Assembly (NCBI GenBank): GCA_963665815.1
Contig: OY762463.1
Location: forward strand, 3,744,001-3,808,000
DNA from: Candidatus Cloacimonadales bacterium
GTDB taxonomy: Bacteria > Cloacimonadota > Cloacimonadia > Cloacimonadales > JAIOQZ01
Direction of reading: 5' to 3'
Length of the DNA: 64,000 nucleotides
Shown: positions 62,639 through 64,000 of the stretch, piece after piece
Numbering within the stretch: the stretch's first letter is position 1
Layout: each line of letters opens with the position of its first letter
Notes under the pieces: model-generated
The model's database searches: none
The model's input: the letters and a program-made list of their open reading frames with translations, nothing else
What the model was told of the DNA's origin: nothing
Made by a program: the position numbers and the translations under genes

Positions 62639-64000
62639 ATGAAAAAGGAATTTAAAAAAGGTTATACATTCGATGATCTCCTGCTTGTTCCACAGGAATC
62701 TGAAGTTTTACCTGCTTCGGTTAAACTTCACACCAATCTGACTAAGAATGTCAGACTAAATATACCTATTGTCAGTGCAGCCATGGACACTGTTACAGAG
62801 CATGATATGGCAATAGCTCTTGCTAAAGAGGGTGGTATTGGAATAGTACATAAGAATTTATCCATTGAAAATCAAGCAGCAGAAGTTAAAAGAGTAAAAC
62901 GCTACGAAAGTGGTGTTATCGGTAATCCGGTAACTCTTCCACCAAAAGCTACAATTGCAGAAGCTTTACACATGAAAAGTCAGTATGACATTGGCGGATT
63001 TCCAGTTGTAAAGGACAATAAGCTTATAGGAATTCTTACAAACAGAGATATACGATTTGCTACTGACAAAACAGTAACAGTTGAAACTCTGATGACTCCA
63101 AAAGAAAAGCTGGTTACTGCAAAGCAGAATACTTCACTTGAGGAAGCGAAAAAGATTCTTCATAAGCATAGAATTGAGAAACTTCCAATTGTAAATGACA
63201 ATGATGAGCTTGTTGGACTAATTACTGTAAAAGATATGGAAAAAGATATTTCCTTTCCGAATGCAGCGAAGGATTCAAAAGGCAGACTTCTTGTAGGTGC
63301 AGCTATTGGTGTTACTGGAGATTTCCTTGAAAGAGCTCAGGAACTTGCTGCAGCAAAAGCTGACGTAATTGTCATTGATACGGCCCATGGACATCACATG
63401 CATATTTTCAATGCTATAGCAAAGATCAAGGCTAATCTGGATATTGATATTATTGCCGGAAATATTGCTACTGGAGCTGCAGCTCAGAAACTTGCTGATG
63501 CAGGAGTTGACGGTATAAAAGTAGGTATTGGTCCGGGGTCAATCTGTACAACAAGAGTAGTTGCAGGTGTAGGTGTTCCTCAGCTTACAGCAATTATGGA
63601 TGCTTATGAAATTGCTGCCAGATATGGGATTCCGGTTATTGCTGATGGCGGTATTAAATTTTCAGGTGATATCGTTAAGGCTATTGCAGCCGGAGCACAA
63701 AGCGTAATGCTTGGTTCCATGCTTGCCGGAACAGAAGAATCTCCAGGGGAATCAGTGATCTACAATGGTAGAAGATTCAAAGTATACAGAGGTATGGGAT
63801 CAATCGGTGCTATGAAGCGCGGAAGTAAGGATCGATATTTCCAATACGATGATGATGAAAAGAAACTCGTTGCGGAAGGTATAGAAGGAATGACTCCTTA
63901 TAAAGGGCATCTCAAAGATTTTGTTTATCAGATTCTTGGTGGACTGAGAGCAGGAATGGGATATTGCGGTGCAGATACAATCGTTCAGTTAAGAGAAAAT
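62639..64000 (+). CDS. guaB: IMP dehydrogenase (3' partial, absent from the ORF track)
   Basis: [29 protein letters not shown] pair, [28 protein letters not shown] and YRGMGS motifs. Open to the window end. Confidence 0.96.
   Translation, partial: MKKEFKKGYTFDDLLLVPQESEVLPASVKLHTNLTKNVRLNIPIVSAAMDTVTEHDMAIALAKEGGIGIVHKNLSIENQAAEVKRVKRYESGVIGNPVTLPPKATIAEALHMKSQYDIGGFPVVKDNKLIGILTNRDIRFATDKTVTVETLMTPKEKLVTAKQNTSLEEAKKILHKHRIEKLPIVNDNDELVGLITVKDMEKDISFPNAAKDSKGRLLVGAAIGVTGDFLERAQELAAAKADVIVIDTAHGHHMHIFNAIAKIKANLDIDIIAGNIATGAAAQKLADAGVDGIKVGIGPGSICTTRVVAGVGVPQLTAIMDAYEIAARYGIPVIADGGIKFSGDIVKAIAAGAQSVMLGSMLAGTEESPGESVIYNGRRFKVYRGMGSIGAMKRGSKDRYFQYDDDEKKLVAEGIEGMTPYKGHLKDFVYQILGGLRAGMGYCGADTIVQLREN

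Overview
AT-rich bacterial chromosomal window from an anaerobe. The gene repertoire (FlgD/T9SS-type C-terminal domain proteins, PorZ-like protein, short AT-stem tRNA-Sec-type gene) suggests Cloacimonadota/FCB, but this is an inference. In order, it contains: a sigma54 activator and surface-polysaccharide genes, porZ-like, aroB, degP, umuDC; a sigma28-type promoter, an FlgN/FliT-like ORF and four tandem flagellins with GGA-loop leaders, followed by about 400 nt of structured non-coding sequence; a minus-strand HydC/D/B (NuoE/F-like) cluster with no HydA, followed by a formate dehydrogenase, a tRNA-Sec-type gene, selA and an extended ECF sigma factor; coaE/cdaA/folP; an MBOAT/SGNH pair; a tandem array of secreted FG-GAP proteins with conserved ends and divergent cores; then nifJ, rpsO, pnp, ahcY, a UDP-sugar dehydrogenase, hflKC, ugd, tadA overlapping tRNA-Ser(CGA), and a partial guaB. 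The strongest signal is that the selC-type tRNA between fdh and selA has a GCA (Cys) anticodon instead of UCA. The adjacent FDH has UGU at the Sec-homologous position, followed by a SECIS-like hairpin. This points to selenocysteine machinery retargeted to a cysteine codon.
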